Below are positions 40,215 through 49,421 of a DNA stretch of 64,000 nucleotides, in pieces; position 1 is the first letter of the stretch, and each line of letters opens with the position of its first letter. The position numbers were made by a program, and so were the translations under genes. Source of the stretch: Gammaproteobacteria bacterium (GTDB taxonomy: Bacteria > Pseudomonadota > Gammaproteobacteria > GCA-001735895); NCBI GenBank assembly GCA_024638385.1, contig JAHEKJ010000231.1:71835-135834 (forward strand), read 5' to 3'. The notes under the pieces were generated by a model that saw only the letters and a program-made list of their open reading frames with translations, was not told the DNA's origin and made no database searches.

Positions 40215-40564
40215 CTATTCCTTGAACCGCAACAAATCTTGAAGCATCCTTTCAAGCCCCTGAACGACATGGCCCATCCTGCCATAATCGACTTTGTCCA
40301 GGGTATCCTGTGGCATGTGGCAATAAGGAAATCGATACAATGCGGTATCCGTGAACATGACTGCGGGATAGCCCTGTTTCCGGATGGACCTGTGATCAGA
40401 CCAGTCGACCCCGGGGATGAAGGCCGGGGCGGCAATCCCCTCTGACGCGAAGGTTGCATGTGCCCTGAAAGCGCCAGGAAAGCGCCAGGAAAGCGCGTCA
40501 CCAGGCTACGGGAGCGCAGATTGCCGACAAAAGCAATGAAATTTCCCTGGTTCGGATACAACAA
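40215..40564 (-). pseudogene. 5'-truncated, frameshifted remnant of an M28-family metallopeptidase gene
   Basis: Two reverse-strand frames carry consecutive M28 C-terminal sequence (see the 40215..40564 finding for the two peptides). They are separated by an 11-bp tandem duplication at 40471..40492. Confidence 0.6.
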
Positions 40565-40602
40565 ACCGAACGATAGCCTAAAAAAAGCTAAGCCTTTTAA
40601 GA

Positions 40603-41739
40603 TCAGGTGCCATTGTCAGTCTCACCAAGCCGTGCAACACGATGCGTTATCCCGGTTACGATTTCGTAATTAATCGTCCCGAGTATGTCCGCCAGTTCGT
40701 CCGCGCCGATCTCTGCCTCGCCCTGCCGGCCGATAATCACGACTTCGCTGCCCAGGCCGACACGGCCGCGCAGCCGGGTAACGTCCAGCAAACTCTGGTC
40801 CATGGTGATGCGTCCTACCTGTGGACAGCGCAGCCCCCCAACCAGGACTTCGAACCGGTTGGAAAGGTTGCGGTTGAGACCATCGCCATAACCCAGCGGG
40901 ATGGTCGCAATCAACGAAGGCTGCGTGGTGTGAAAGCTATGGCCGTAACTCAGGCCGACACCGACAGGCACTTCCTTGAGCATGGTGATCTGTGTTTTCC
41001 ATTCCAGTACTGGCTTCAGCTCATTAACCAACGGATTGGCAATTTCCCGGGAAGGACGCAATCCGTACATGGCGATTCCCGGTCGCACCGCGTCAAAATA
41101 CGAGCCCGGCAAATCCAGAATCCCGGCGCTGTTTGCCAGATGGCATATCTCTATGCCGCAAGATCTGGCTAGCGCCGCCAGACCCTGAAATCGCCTGATT
41201 TGTTCATGGGAGAGCGTCTTGTCTTTCTCATCGGCACAGGGAAAGTGGCTCATAAGCCCGCGTACCCGTAATCTCGGAAATGCCTGACATTGTGCCAGGA
41301 AGGACTGGACTTCGGACGGCGTAACACCAATCCGCCCCATACCCGTGTCCACCATGAGATGCACCGAAATTTGCCGGTCGGCCTTTTCCGCCTCGACCAC
41401 CAGTGACTCCACCATCTCCATGGTGCACACCGCAGGTTCACAACCATAGGCGACGATTGCCTCACTGTGCTCGGGAAGTGTGGCTGATAACAGCAAATAA
41501 TTTGCGTGCAGGCCTGCGTCAACAAGTACCACCGCTTCGCTGATATGGGCAACACAGATGGTGTCGTAGCCCGACTTGAGCAGGTGGCGGGCAACGAGTT
41601 CCATTCCATGCCCATAGCCATTCGCCTTGATGGCCGGCCACATGGGCCGCGCTCCGACCAGATTCTGTAACAGACGCAGGTTATGCGTCAGCCGGTCGAG
41701 GTGGATATGAGCCCTGCTGAGGTGGCGTGTCTCACTCAT
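40603..41739 (-). CDS. alr: Alanine racemase
   Basis: 378 aa. PLP-lysine motif AIKANGYGHG and typical C-terminal TINYEI. Confidence 0.9.
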   Translation of the reverse strand: MSETRHLSRAHIHLDRLTHNLRLLQNLVGARPMWPAIKANGYGHGMELVARHLLKSGYDTICVAHISEAVVLVDAGLHANYLLLSATLPEHSEAIVAYGCEPAVCTMEMVESLVVEAEKADRQISVHLMVDTGMGRIGVTPSEVQSFLAQCQAFPRLRVRGLMSHFPCADEKDKTLSHEQIRRFQGLAALARSCGIEICHLANSAGILDLPGSYFDAVRPGIAMYGLRPSREIANPLVNELKPVLEWKTQITMLKEVPVGVGLSYGHSFHTTQPSLIATIPLGYGDGLNRNLSNRFEVLVGGLRCPQVGRITMDQSLLDVTRLRGRVGLGSEVVIIGRQGEAEIGADELADILGTINYEIVTGITHRVARLGETDNGT

Positions 41740-41741
41740 AA

Positions 41742-42833
41742 CTACCGGTCCACCCGCAGGTCTTTGCTCAGTGGATACTTTTTCACATATTCCGAAGTCA
41801 TTGCCGCAACCAGGGCACTGTAGTTGGGCACGAAACTTAGCTCGTCGCCGATGCGAAAAGCCGCGGTCGCAGCGGTCATATCGACAATCAAATAGCCGCT
41901 GGAAGCACCAACAATGCTAATACCCGGCTCACGGGGTGTAAGGCCAGCCACATCTACATCTTCGCGACCCAGGTTCAACAGCCCCCGCAACACTACACCC
42001 CGATCCTCGAATTGCGGCAATCCGCCGAAAGCATCTTCGCCTCGATCGCCGACGGGAAGCGATGGTTTATTTTTAATTTCCAAAATTTCGGCATGAATCA
42101 CGAAGGCATCCTGGAAGGTATCCGGCCAGGGCTTGCGTTGCGTGGTTTCACGGCCGAGCAGGATGGCTTCGCCGATACGGGCATGGTTAATCCTTGCCGG
42201 CATCTTGCCCGCCGCGATCAACTCGAGTCCGCTGGAGTTTATGCCGGAAATCCATTCCAGCGTGAGGCCGAAGGTCTGCTCTATCTCAACCGCAAGCTCC
42301 ACCAGGCCCCGCATATTTTCTGCGCCGGGCACAACCCCGCCAAAACAGGCCAGATTAGTGCCCAAACCCTTGATACGGATACCCGGCAATGCGATCGCGG
42401 CGCGCACCAGCGAGACCAGATCATCCGGCCAGACGCCTTCCCGCAAATCGCCCAGATCCACCATGACTATCACATCATGGATTCGATTGTGGCGCTGCGC
42501 CGCATCAGACAAGGCTTCCATTACGCCGAACTCCGAGTTCAGGCTGACATCCACCTTCTCGACCACGGCATCCACCGTGCTTATGGCTGGAATCCGCACC
42601 ATCATAAACGCCGTATCCACGCCAGCCGCCTGCATCCGCTGGATATTTTCCAGGCGTGAATCCGCAATCGAGGAAACGCCACCACGCAGCATTGCGCTAG
42701 CAACATCCGGTTGACCACAGGTTACTTTGGTAACACCGGTTACTTCGATGCCGTTTGTCCGGCACAGACTAACAATGGTGCGGGCATTGTGCTCAATTTT
42801 CTCGAGATCCATGGTCACCCTGGGAGTCATCAT
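41742..42833 (-). CDS. orr: Ornithine racemase-like PLP enzyme (alanine racemase N-terminal domain family)
   Basis: Start taken at MMTPRVTMDLEKIEHNARTI (ATG 42833), 4 nt after the oraE stop. GVTKVTCG carries the PLP lysine. About 363 aa. Position directly after oraSE matches ornithine-degradation clusters. Confidence 0.7.
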   Translation of the reverse strand: MMTPRVTMDLEKIEHNARTIVSLCRTNGIEVTGVTKVTCGQPDVASAMLRGGVSSIADSRLENIQRMQAAGVDTAFMMVRIPAISTVDAVVEKVDVSLNSEFGVMEALSDAAQRHNRIHDVIVMVDLGDLREGVWPDDLVSLVRAAIALPGIRIKGLGTNLACFGGVVPGAENMRGLVELAVEIEQTFGLTLEWISGINSSGLELIAAGKMPARINHARIGEAILLGRETTQRKPWPDTFQDAFVIHAEILEIKNKPSLPVGDRGEDAFGGLPQFEDRGVVLRGLLNLGREDVDVAGLTPREPGISIVGASSGYLIVDMTAATAAFRIGDELSFVPNYSALVAAMTSEYVKKYPLSKDLRVDR

Positions 42834-42837
42834 CGCC

Positions 42838-45027
42838 CTATTCCGTTTCACGTAATCTGCGCACGATGAAACTGGCCACGTCCTGCCCGGTCGTACCCCG
42901 ACCGAATCCAGCATCCAGGCCGCATTCACGTGCCAGGTCGTCGGTTACCTGGGTGCCGCCGGCAACGAGCAGCAAATGCTCCCGCAGTCCACGCCCGGTG
43001 GCCAGTTCATGCAGGTGCCGCATGTGCTGCCGATGTATATCCGCGTGGGTGACGATAGTGGAGATCAGTACCGCACGGGCACCGGTTTGTTCGGCTACAT
43101 CGAGAAGGCGCGCCACGGGTACCGAGGTGCCCAGATCATGGCAATAAAAGCCGTACTTTTCGATGCCGCCGTGTTTGATATCGAGAATTTCGTGCAGCCC
43201 CACCGAGTGTTCATCTTCGCCCACCGTAGCCGCCACCAGGTGAATGTCACGCGGACGCACCCAGGCCTCGATCTCCTCATCCCCCAGAACTTCGACAGGT
43301 TGCGGCATCGGTAGCTGATCGATGGCGATGGCAACATCGAGCACCCCCTTGATTTCGAACATGCTGCCCTCCGCCGGGTGCATGACCCTGCGGTTGATGA
43401 CCTTCGGATCCTGCAGCCCCATGTGTACCGCCATTTGCAGCGCCGCCGCTTCGGCCACTCGCGGACTCTCAGGCACAAACAGTGTCACGCAAACGATATT
43501 GTCACCGTGTTTTTCAACCTCGGGCCGCAGTAAGCCTTCATTGCGTTCCGCGAGAGTCCGCTGCAAACGATTGGTCACGTTATCGTCGGCGTCCAGTTCA
43601 TCGATGTACTGGATCTTTGCCGGATCACACAGGGTGCAGCCGCCATAGCCGTCGCATTGCTTGCCCGCGCCCTGATCATAGCTATTGTTACCGAAATGAC
43701 TGCAGACCGGCGCGCCATAGTCGGGGGCACGCGCGATTACCGTACCTGCACCATCACCGCTATCGGGATCACGCACGATGCCGTCGCCTTTGCGTTCCGG
43801 GAAGAATCCCTGGTCGACAAACTGGCCCGCCGCCACCGCCGCATAATAACCACCGTTCTCCAGGATCTCCTCCACGAACAACACGGCGCGCTCTTTGAGT
43901 TCACGCGCCTGCTGTCGCAACGGCCCATCGTCTTTCAACGTAAGTTGCTCCGCCAACCCATCGATACCCATGAGCGTCTGCCGCGCCGTGTTCACACCAG
44001 CAACATTGTTATAATGCCAGGGAATATTACGGCCCTCATCCGGCGTGATCGTGCTCTGGATATCGGTTGTGGTCAGCCGTGAAATCAGCGTGTCGAGAAC
44101 ATGCGTGACGCTGGCCTCCACCGTGTCAGCCTCCATGTAACGGGTATTTTGCTGGGCGCGGAACCGGTACCCTGCAAAAAGTTCGCGCAGGGCGACGGCG
44201 TAAGGCAGGTCGAGTCGCAGCTTCGGTGCCGGCGGTGCGGTGGGCGGTACCGTCGACAATGCAATCAATTCCTGCGGCATCCCCGCCGCGCGCGAATAGG
44301 CACAATTGATCGCATGTTGTACAAACAGTTCCGGCGTGACCTTCCAGGCCTCCTTGGCGGTGGCGTTGGCATTATGCGCGCCGTCCAACTGCAGGATGCC
44401 GGCATCCGCCAGCACTCGCTTGGCCTCGGCAGCATCGATGAAGGAGCGGTGCATATTGACGTCACGGTAAAGCACGTTGTACTGGGGATCCTGATGCGCA
44501 CCATTGACACCCTCCTCGGCGAACAGCACGGCAATGTCCGGGCCGGCGAGACCGCTCACATAAGAATGAAAATTGATCGGCCTGCCTACTTCGTCTTCGA
44601 TGGCATCGAGTGCCTTACGCGTGGCACGTATTTGTTTGCGTGAAATGGGAATCCCGCCAACACCTTCCGGAGTACCCTCGACCAGGCCATCGATATGGGA
44701 TTGGCCGGTAGTGCGAATCACCATTATATGGTCAGCGCCATGCCAGGCCGCCATGCGCATTCGGCGCAGGTCATCCTCGAAACGTCCGGAGGCAATCTCC
44801 GTGGTAATCACCATGTCACACTGCGGATCTATGTTTCCGAAATAATGTGCGGCAGCCAGTGGCACGGAACGCTCGAGACTGGCGGAACTATTTTTATAAA
44901 CGAAGGGCCCGAGCTGCTGGTTTTCGATTTTCCGACGCCAGCTCCAGCCTTTGCGTTTCGGCCGATACCGATCCAGATCCCTGAGGACCTCTTCCACATC
45001 GAGTTTCTGCTCGGGATCAAGCTTCAT
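42838..45027 (-). CDS. oraE: D-ornithine 4,5-aminomutase large subunit (AdoCbl- and PLP-dependent)
   Basis: 729 aa. Long stretches recognisable as OraE (TTEIASGRFEDDLRRMRMAAWHGADHIMVIRTTGQSH, VNGAHQDPQYNVLYR, TVPPTAPPAP). C-terminal B12-binding DxHxxG motif (VGEDEHSVGL). Confidence 0.88.
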   Translation of the reverse strand: MKLDPEQKLDVEEVLRDLDRYRPKRKGWSWRRKIENQQLGPFVYKNSSASLERSVPLAAAHYFGNIDPQCDMVITTEIASGRFEDDLRRMRMAAWHGADHIMVIRTTGQSHIDGLVEGTPEGVGGIPISRKQIRATRKALDAIEDEVGRPINFHSYVSGLAGPDIAVLFAEEGVNGAHQDPQYNVLYRDVNMHRSFIDAAEAKRVLADAGILQLDGAHNANATAKEAWKVTPELFVQHAINCAYSRAAGMPQELIALSTVPPTAPPAPKLRLDLPYAVALRELFAGYRFRAQQNTRYMEADTVEASVTHVLDTLISRLTTTDIQSTITPDEGRNIPWHYNNVAGVNTARQTLMGIDGLAEQLTLKDDGPLRQQARELKERAVLFVEEILENGGYYAAVAAGQFVDQGFFPERKGDGIVRDPDSGDGAGTVIARAPDYGAPVCSHFGNNSYDQGAGKQCDGYGGCTLCDPAKIQYIDELDADDNVTNRLQRTLAERNEGLLRPEVEKHGDNIVCVTLFVPESPRVAEAAALQMAVHMGLQDPKVINRRVMHPAEGSMFEIKGVLDVAIAIDQLPMPQPVEVLGDEEIEAWVRPRDIHLVAATVGEDEHSVGLHEILDIKHGGIEKYGFYCHDLGTSVPVARLLDVAEQTGARAVLISTIVTHADIHRQHMRHLHELATGRGLREHLLLVAGGTQVTDDLARECGLDAGFGRGTTGQDVASFIVRRLRETE

Positions 45028-45377
45028 AACGGCAGGTTCTCCCAGTATCGTCCCGCCAGCAGCGCGTTACCCGCCTCGCGCACGGAAATACCTTTTTTCC
45101 TGGACAGCTCCAACACAAGGCGCCCTGCGCCATGGCCAAGCAGTCCGTGTTGCCCGATGGCATCGACCAGCGCCCCGGCCTCGAGACTCGAAAAACCCAT
45201 GCGCAACAATACCGAGCGCTCGATAGACGGCGTCGTGTGAGTGCGCGCCTCTTCGATCAGGGGTTCGACGATTTTTTCCACCAGGCTCCAGAAATGCGCA
45301 TGCAGCTCTTCATCCGAGAGACCGCGCAAGCGCTGGCGGCGCGCTGCAAAGTCGTCTTCTCGCTCAGGACATTTCAT
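45024..45377 (-). CDS. oraS: D-ornithine 4,5-aminomutase small subunit
   Basis: Start taken at MKCPEREDDFAARRQRL (ATG 45377), about 117 aa. ATGA overlap with the oraE start. Size and position fit OraS. Confidence 0.7.
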   Translation of the reverse strand: MKCPEREDDFAARRQRLRGLSDEELHAHFWSLVEKIVEPLIEEARTHTTPSIERSVLLRMGFSSLEAGALVDAIGQHGLLGHGAGRLVLELSRKKGISVREAGNALLAGRYWENLPL

Positions 45378-46776
45378 CGATAACCTCCTCGACGTAATCC
45401 TGGCTGCTGCGGGTTTCGGCGGCAAGAAATTCGATATCGACCTCGTTTAGACGAACACCCTCGGGGAGCGACTCGATGGCATTGCGCAAGTACGACCGCC
45501 TGACCTGGTCCAGGTCGATGTCGGCTACGGCGATCTGAGACGGACACTCCGGAATCACGATATTCTGCCCGGGTTTACTATCCCTGGGATCACCCCGCCG
45601 CACCTCGATACCCAGCTGTTTGGCAAGATTGAGTTGCGCCAGCGGATGCTTGCCGGCGCCGGTGTACTCGGTCTCCTGCACCACGACGATCCTGTCCCGG
45701 TCGAGTTCCCGGGCGATGGCAAAGGCGGCCGCGAGCGAAGTATTTCCGGCAGGCCCGCGCTCGAGCCCCTCCAGTTCCGCCAGAACCTGGGTAATGTAGA
45801 ACACCTCACCCTGGGTTACGGTGACAAAACGATCCATGTAGCGCAATGGCCGCGCGGCATTGCGCGGCACATCGGCACGATCCGGCCAGGTGGTGAACGG
45901 CATCGAGAAACCGGTGTGGCCGGTAGTAAACGATTTACGGTTGAAATCATGGTCCGATGCCATGTGCAGTCCGGCGAGATCGACGCTGGCGGCAATCACC
46001 CCGGTGTCCAGGGCTCCGGCTTGCTTGAGCCCCCGGGCTGTGCCCGTCAGATTGCCTCCGCCGGCGTGCGTGGCGATCACCAGGTCGGGATAGCGCCCGC
46101 ATTGCTGCTGCACCTGTTGAGCGAGTTCGTAGCCCAGGGTTTCGATCCCGAGTATTGAATACGGTGTGTAAAGCGAAGCGTTGAAGAAGCCGCTTTCCTC
46201 GAGCACGCCTAAAAAAACAAAAAACAGTTCCGGGCCGACCGAAACCCGAATGACTTCTGCGCCATAGGCCTCGCAGGCCCGGGTTTTCTCCGCAATTTCC
46301 GGTTGCGCGATACCTCGGCTGTCAAAAGCTTCCTGTACCACGACACAACGCAAGCCGGCCTTGGCTGCCTGTGACGCCACCGCGGCACCGAAATTCCCGC
46401 TGGTTGCCGCGGCGACACCGACATGACCACGGCTTTTGGCCTCGCGGACCGCCAACGCAGCGCGACGATCCTTGAACGAACCCGACGGATTGGCCGCTTC
46501 GTCCTTAACGAATATTCGCGCCCCTTTGCCAGGCTGGGCGACGGCACGCACCAGTGCGGTGATATTCTCGAGTTCCAGCAATGGGGTATCGCCGACCGCG
46601 GTACGGCGCTGCACCACGCGCACCTGATCGATCGTATAACCCGTGTCGCTAAGCAACCGTTCGTAGTCAAAGGCCAGCGCGCCGTTAGCGTATTGGCTAT
46701 AGTCGATGCCGAGCGATGCCTTGATGATTTCGTCCCGCCGTCCCATGATTTTGGCGTAACCGAATTCCCCGCTCAT
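45364..46776 (-). CDS. ortB: 2-amino-4-ketopentanoate thiolase beta subunit (PLP-dependent, tryptophan-synthase-beta fold)
   Basis: 470 aa. FVKDEAANPSGSFKDRRA (PLP lysine) and AATSGNFGAAVASQAA. Preceded by the small OrtA-like gene with an ATGA overlap. Confidence 0.78.
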   Translation of the reverse strand: MSGEFGYAKIMGRRDEIIKASLGIDYSQYANGALAFDYERLLSDTGYTIDQVRVVQRRTAVGDTPLLELENITALVRAVAQPGKGARIFVKDEAANPSGSFKDRRAALAVREAKSRGHVGVAAATSGNFGAAVASQAAKAGLRCVVVQEAFDSRGIAQPEIAEKTRACEAYGAEVIRVSVGPELFFVFLGVLEESGFFNASLYTPYSILGIETLGYELAQQVQQQCGRYPDLVIATHAGGGNLTGTARGLKQAGALDTGVIAASVDLAGLHMASDHDFNRKSFTTGHTGFSMPFTTWPDRADVPRNAARPLRYMDRFVTVTQGEVFYITQVLAELEGLERGPAGNTSLAAAFAIARELDRDRIVVVQETEYTGAGKHPLAQLNLAKQLGIEVRRGDPRDSKPGQNIVIPECPSQIAVADIDLDQVRRSYLRNAIESLPEGVRLNEVDIEFLAAETRSSQDYVEEVIDEMS

Positions 46777-47087
46777 CGGACCCGCCCCTGTTCACGGAGG
46801 ATGGCACGCACTTCTCCGCCTATGCCGGAGAGTTCGGGGATAGGCGGCCCGAAGCTGTGGTTGTAGGCGGGATTGGTTGCGATTAATCTGCCCCGCAGAC
46901 ACCTTCCCGTTAGCGTCTCGATCTCGGCCTCGTCACCCATGGCCGCAGCAGTGACGAGAAAGCCCTTCACTCGCAGTTCCAGGGGAACTTGCCGGGTATC
47001 CTCGGGCACCTGCGCCGCACGTTCTCCCGCATCCAGTGCAATTTTGTGGATCTCAACCCAGGCGCCCTGCGCGATCAGTTCAGACAT
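46773..47087 (-). CDS. ortA: 2-amino-4-ketopentanoate thiolase alpha subunit
   Basis: 104-aa ORF (AWVEIHKIAL ... VKGFL ... TNPAYNHSFG) of the size and position of OrtA, between the ord and ortB homologues. Confidence 0.65.
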   Translation of the reverse strand: MSELIAQGAWVEIHKIALDAGERAAQVPEDTRQVPLELRVKGFLVTAAAMGDEAEIETLTGRCLRGRLIATNPAYNHSFGPPIPELSGIGGEVRAILREQGRVR

Positions 47088-48147
47088 GCCTGACCTCGAT
47101 CAGTTCCTCGGGCAAGAAACGGCGCGCATCGGCCAGCATTGCAGCAGACACCGGCAGGTCCGCCATGCTGTGCAGTCCGGGTGCTGCATTCAGCACTCGT
47201 GGAATCGTGTTTACCGCAAGCGCCATGGTTGCCTGTCCTCCCGGAATTTCAGGACTGCCGGCAAGGCTAACATGTGGCGAGCCTTTTATTTCGATGCTGT
47301 CTCCAGTCTGAATACCCGCGAGTCGCGGCTCTATTTGCTGCGGATGAACAAGTGTAATTACCGGCATGCCGCCCACGTACGCTATCGCCGTGTGGTGACA
47401 ACCGGCTACCTGGCCGGGCTCTACGGCCACAAAGGCCGTGGCGCGTTTTACCTGCGAGACAATGGGCTCGCGCGTTTCCTGGATCTGCTCGATCTCCCAG
47501 CCGATAGCCCTGGCAATCATGTGCATCGACTCGATAAATCCGACATGTCCGACGATGGTGCCATTTTGCACACCCTCGTGAAACGCTTCCGGTGTCAGGC
47601 CCACACCCTGGCTCATGAGCACCGATGGGCCGTAAGGAGAAAGATCATTGATGCGTCTGGCCGTAATCGTGTGGATATCGGCGCATACCCCGGTCAGTGT
47701 AATTACCAGTAAATCGAGTATAAAACCAGGGTTAACACCGGTGCCGAGTATCGATATCCCGTGGCTGACTGCCTCCCAGTGCAGCGATTCCGCCAATGCC
47801 GGATATTTATGCCGGGGGTACGCCATCTCTTCGGCAATAGAGATGACGTTGATGCCGTGTCGTACCAGGGTGGATATTTCGCCTGCCGCATCGGTAGCAC
47901 GGGAACAGGTAGCCTGAATTGCCACCTCGGGTCGCGTTTCCTCGATGACCCTTTCGAGGTCAACGCTAATCGGAATGCCTAGCGCTTGATCGAGTCCTAT
48001 CGCCTGGCCGAGGTCCAAGCCAACACGATGAGCCCTTCTGCCAAAGGCTCCGACCAGCTCCAGGCCTCGTTTGGCAAGCACCATTCGGGCAATTCCAGAG
48101 CCCATTTGCCCGGTCCCTAAAATCAGCACTCGGATAGAATCTCGCAT
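47080..48147 (-). CDS. ord: 2,4-diaminopentanoate dehydrogenase (DapB-like NAD(P) oxidoreductase)
   Basis: Start taken at MRDSIRVLILGTGQMGSG (Rossmann), ATG 48147. Contains ILGTGVNPGF. First gene of the operon. Confidence 0.78.
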   Translation of the reverse strand: MRDSIRVLILGTGQMGSGIARMVLAKRGLELVGAFGRRAHRVGLDLGQAIGLDQALGIPISVDLERVIEETRPEVAIQATCSRATDAAGEISTLVRHGINVISIAEEMAYPRHKYPALAESLHWEAVSHGISILGTGVNPGFILDLLVITLTGVCADIHTITARRINDLSPYGPSVLMSQGVGLTPEAFHEGVQNGTIVGHVGFIESMHMIARAIGWEIEQIQETREPIVSQVKRATAFVAVEPGQVAGCHHTAIAYVGGMPVITLVHPQQIEPRLAGIQTGDSIEIKGSPHVSLAGSPEIPGGQATMALAVNTIPRVLNAAPGLHSMADLPVSAAMLADARRFLPEELIEVRHV

Positions 48148-48286
48148 ATGATTTTGGCTGCACCGCAACACGGCTATCTTATAAGCTGAATCGATAGCTT
48201 GATTGACGATCATCAGCTCCGTCTGCTTCAAATTGATCTAGATTTGCACAAATATGCCGACGCTGGATCCAGGCAGGAGGAAAACC

Positions 48287-48640
48287 ATGCAAACCATAGA
48301 AATCACTAGAGACAATTGGCAAAGCTTTTTCGACCAGGTTTCCAGAGCGCTACGGGGCAAACTTATCCAGATCGAAGTCGACAGCCTCGAACTGGGTGCC
48401 CAGATCGAAGTGGATAAATTGTCACTTAACGGCTTAACCTACGATGTAAAAGATGATGCGTTTATCGTCAGCACAGATGAAATCGAGCACGTTATCCGCT
48501 CACCGCAACAGATTTTTGCCGCTGACGGAAGCGACGGGATTAACAGCCTCAAGGTTCACTCGGCGGATGGTACCGAGCAAATAATCAACTTTTCGGAACC
48601 ACTGGCGCTACCGCCGTCGAATCAGGAAGAATCCGCATGA
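48287..48640 (+). CDS. DUF5335-like small protein
   Basis: Start taken at MQTIEITRDNW, preceded by AGGAGGAAAACC. IEV..LELGAQIEV...L.GLTYD pattern. Confidence 0.55.
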   Translation: MQTIEITRDNWQSFFDQVSRALRGKLIQIEVDSLELGAQIEVDKLSLNGLTYDVKDDAFIVSTDEIEHVIRSPQQIFAADGSDGINSLKVHSADGTEQIINFSEPLALPPSNQEESA

Positions 48641-48918
48641 GCCTGAGAGAGACCTATGAAAAGAAAATGCAGGCACAGCTTCACCAGGTGAAAACGGAGA
48701 TCGACGAACTCAGGGAAAAGGCCGATCAGGCGGAGACCAACCTGGAACTTGAATATTACACGCTAATCGAAGAACTGCATTTAAAACTGGACACAGCCAG
48801 TCAAAAGTTCCAATTGCTCAAGCAGGCCAGTGAGGAGAATTGGGATGAATTTAAATCCGAGTTCGAGACCGTCTGGAATTCACTACGTGAGCTGATTAAA
48901 TCAATAACTGCTCCCTGA
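48637..48918 (+). CDS. Small coiled-coil protein
   Basis: 93 aa, heptad-rich (KMQAQLHQVKTEIDELREKADQAE). ATGA overlap with the upstream gene. Confidence 0.5.
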   Translation: MSLRETYEKKMQAQLHQVKTEIDELREKADQAETNLELEYYTLIEELHLKLDTASQKFQLLKQASEENWDEFKSEFETVWNSLRELIKSITAP

Positions 48919-49068
48919 ACCCACCAGCCCTGGACGACTATCACAACTGATTCAAGATCTTTGGCAATACGCAATTCGTCGGTGGCGGCTGTCTGGTAAG
49001 ATTAGACTGGATGCGGAACTAAAATAAAACCAGTAAAAAATACACACGAAGTTAACCCGATTTCAGAG

Positions 49069-49296
49069 TTATGCCCTGACAAACAGGTATTCCGGCCCGT
49101 GCAGGCTGGACTGTCGTGGCGCAATCCAGAGAACCTGGACAGTGTCCTTGCCTAATTGGTCAATCAGAGCGCGAAGCAGATCCGTTTCAGTCAGAATGCC
49201 TGCAATCTAGCCATTGGCATCTACAACGGGCAGGCCTCCGATTCGACCATCGATCATTTGTTTGGTTGCCTCTGCCAGTAGTTCGCCAGGTGCCAT
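49069..49296 (-). pseudogene. Decayed CBS-domain gene fragment (in-frame TAG, upstream frameshift)
   Basis: Hand translation of the reverse strand: MAPGELLAEATKQMIDGRIGGLPVVDANG*IAGILTETDLLRALIDQLGKD. This is a typical CBS repeat interrupted by TAG (plus-strand cta at 49207..49209). The upstream CBS lead-in (YREIAHSGR) is in another frame. Confidence 0.5.
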
Positions 49297-49421
49297 AGTA
49301 ATTAGAACCGTCCTGAATGCGCGATTTCACGATAACTTTGAACCAGGATAGTCACGAAACAAGCGCTATCGCTGATGGACGACCCATGGACTATAAGTCC
49401 CCGTGTCATTCATCGGAATAA

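Noticed and set aside
40061-40564. 167-aa minus-strand ORF as an intact gene
   Set aside because: Only its first ~29 residues look genuine (M28-like). After the 11-bp duplication it is out of frame and then runs into the capA coding region. Treated as part of a pseudogene.
48148-48286. Cobalamin riboswitch upstream of the B12-dependent ornithine operon
   Set aside because: The divergent intergenic region is only about 139 bp and I cannot recognise a B12-box or the conserved riboswitch core. Not supportable by eye; a covariance-model scan would settle it.
38794-49421. Integrase, transposase or other mobility gene inside the island
   Set aside because: I read all listed ORFs and the unlisted frames at both island ends. 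Nothing resembles a tyrosine or serine recombinase or a transposase. Only M28 and CBS remnants were found. Short decayed remnants cannot be excluded without a tblastn search.
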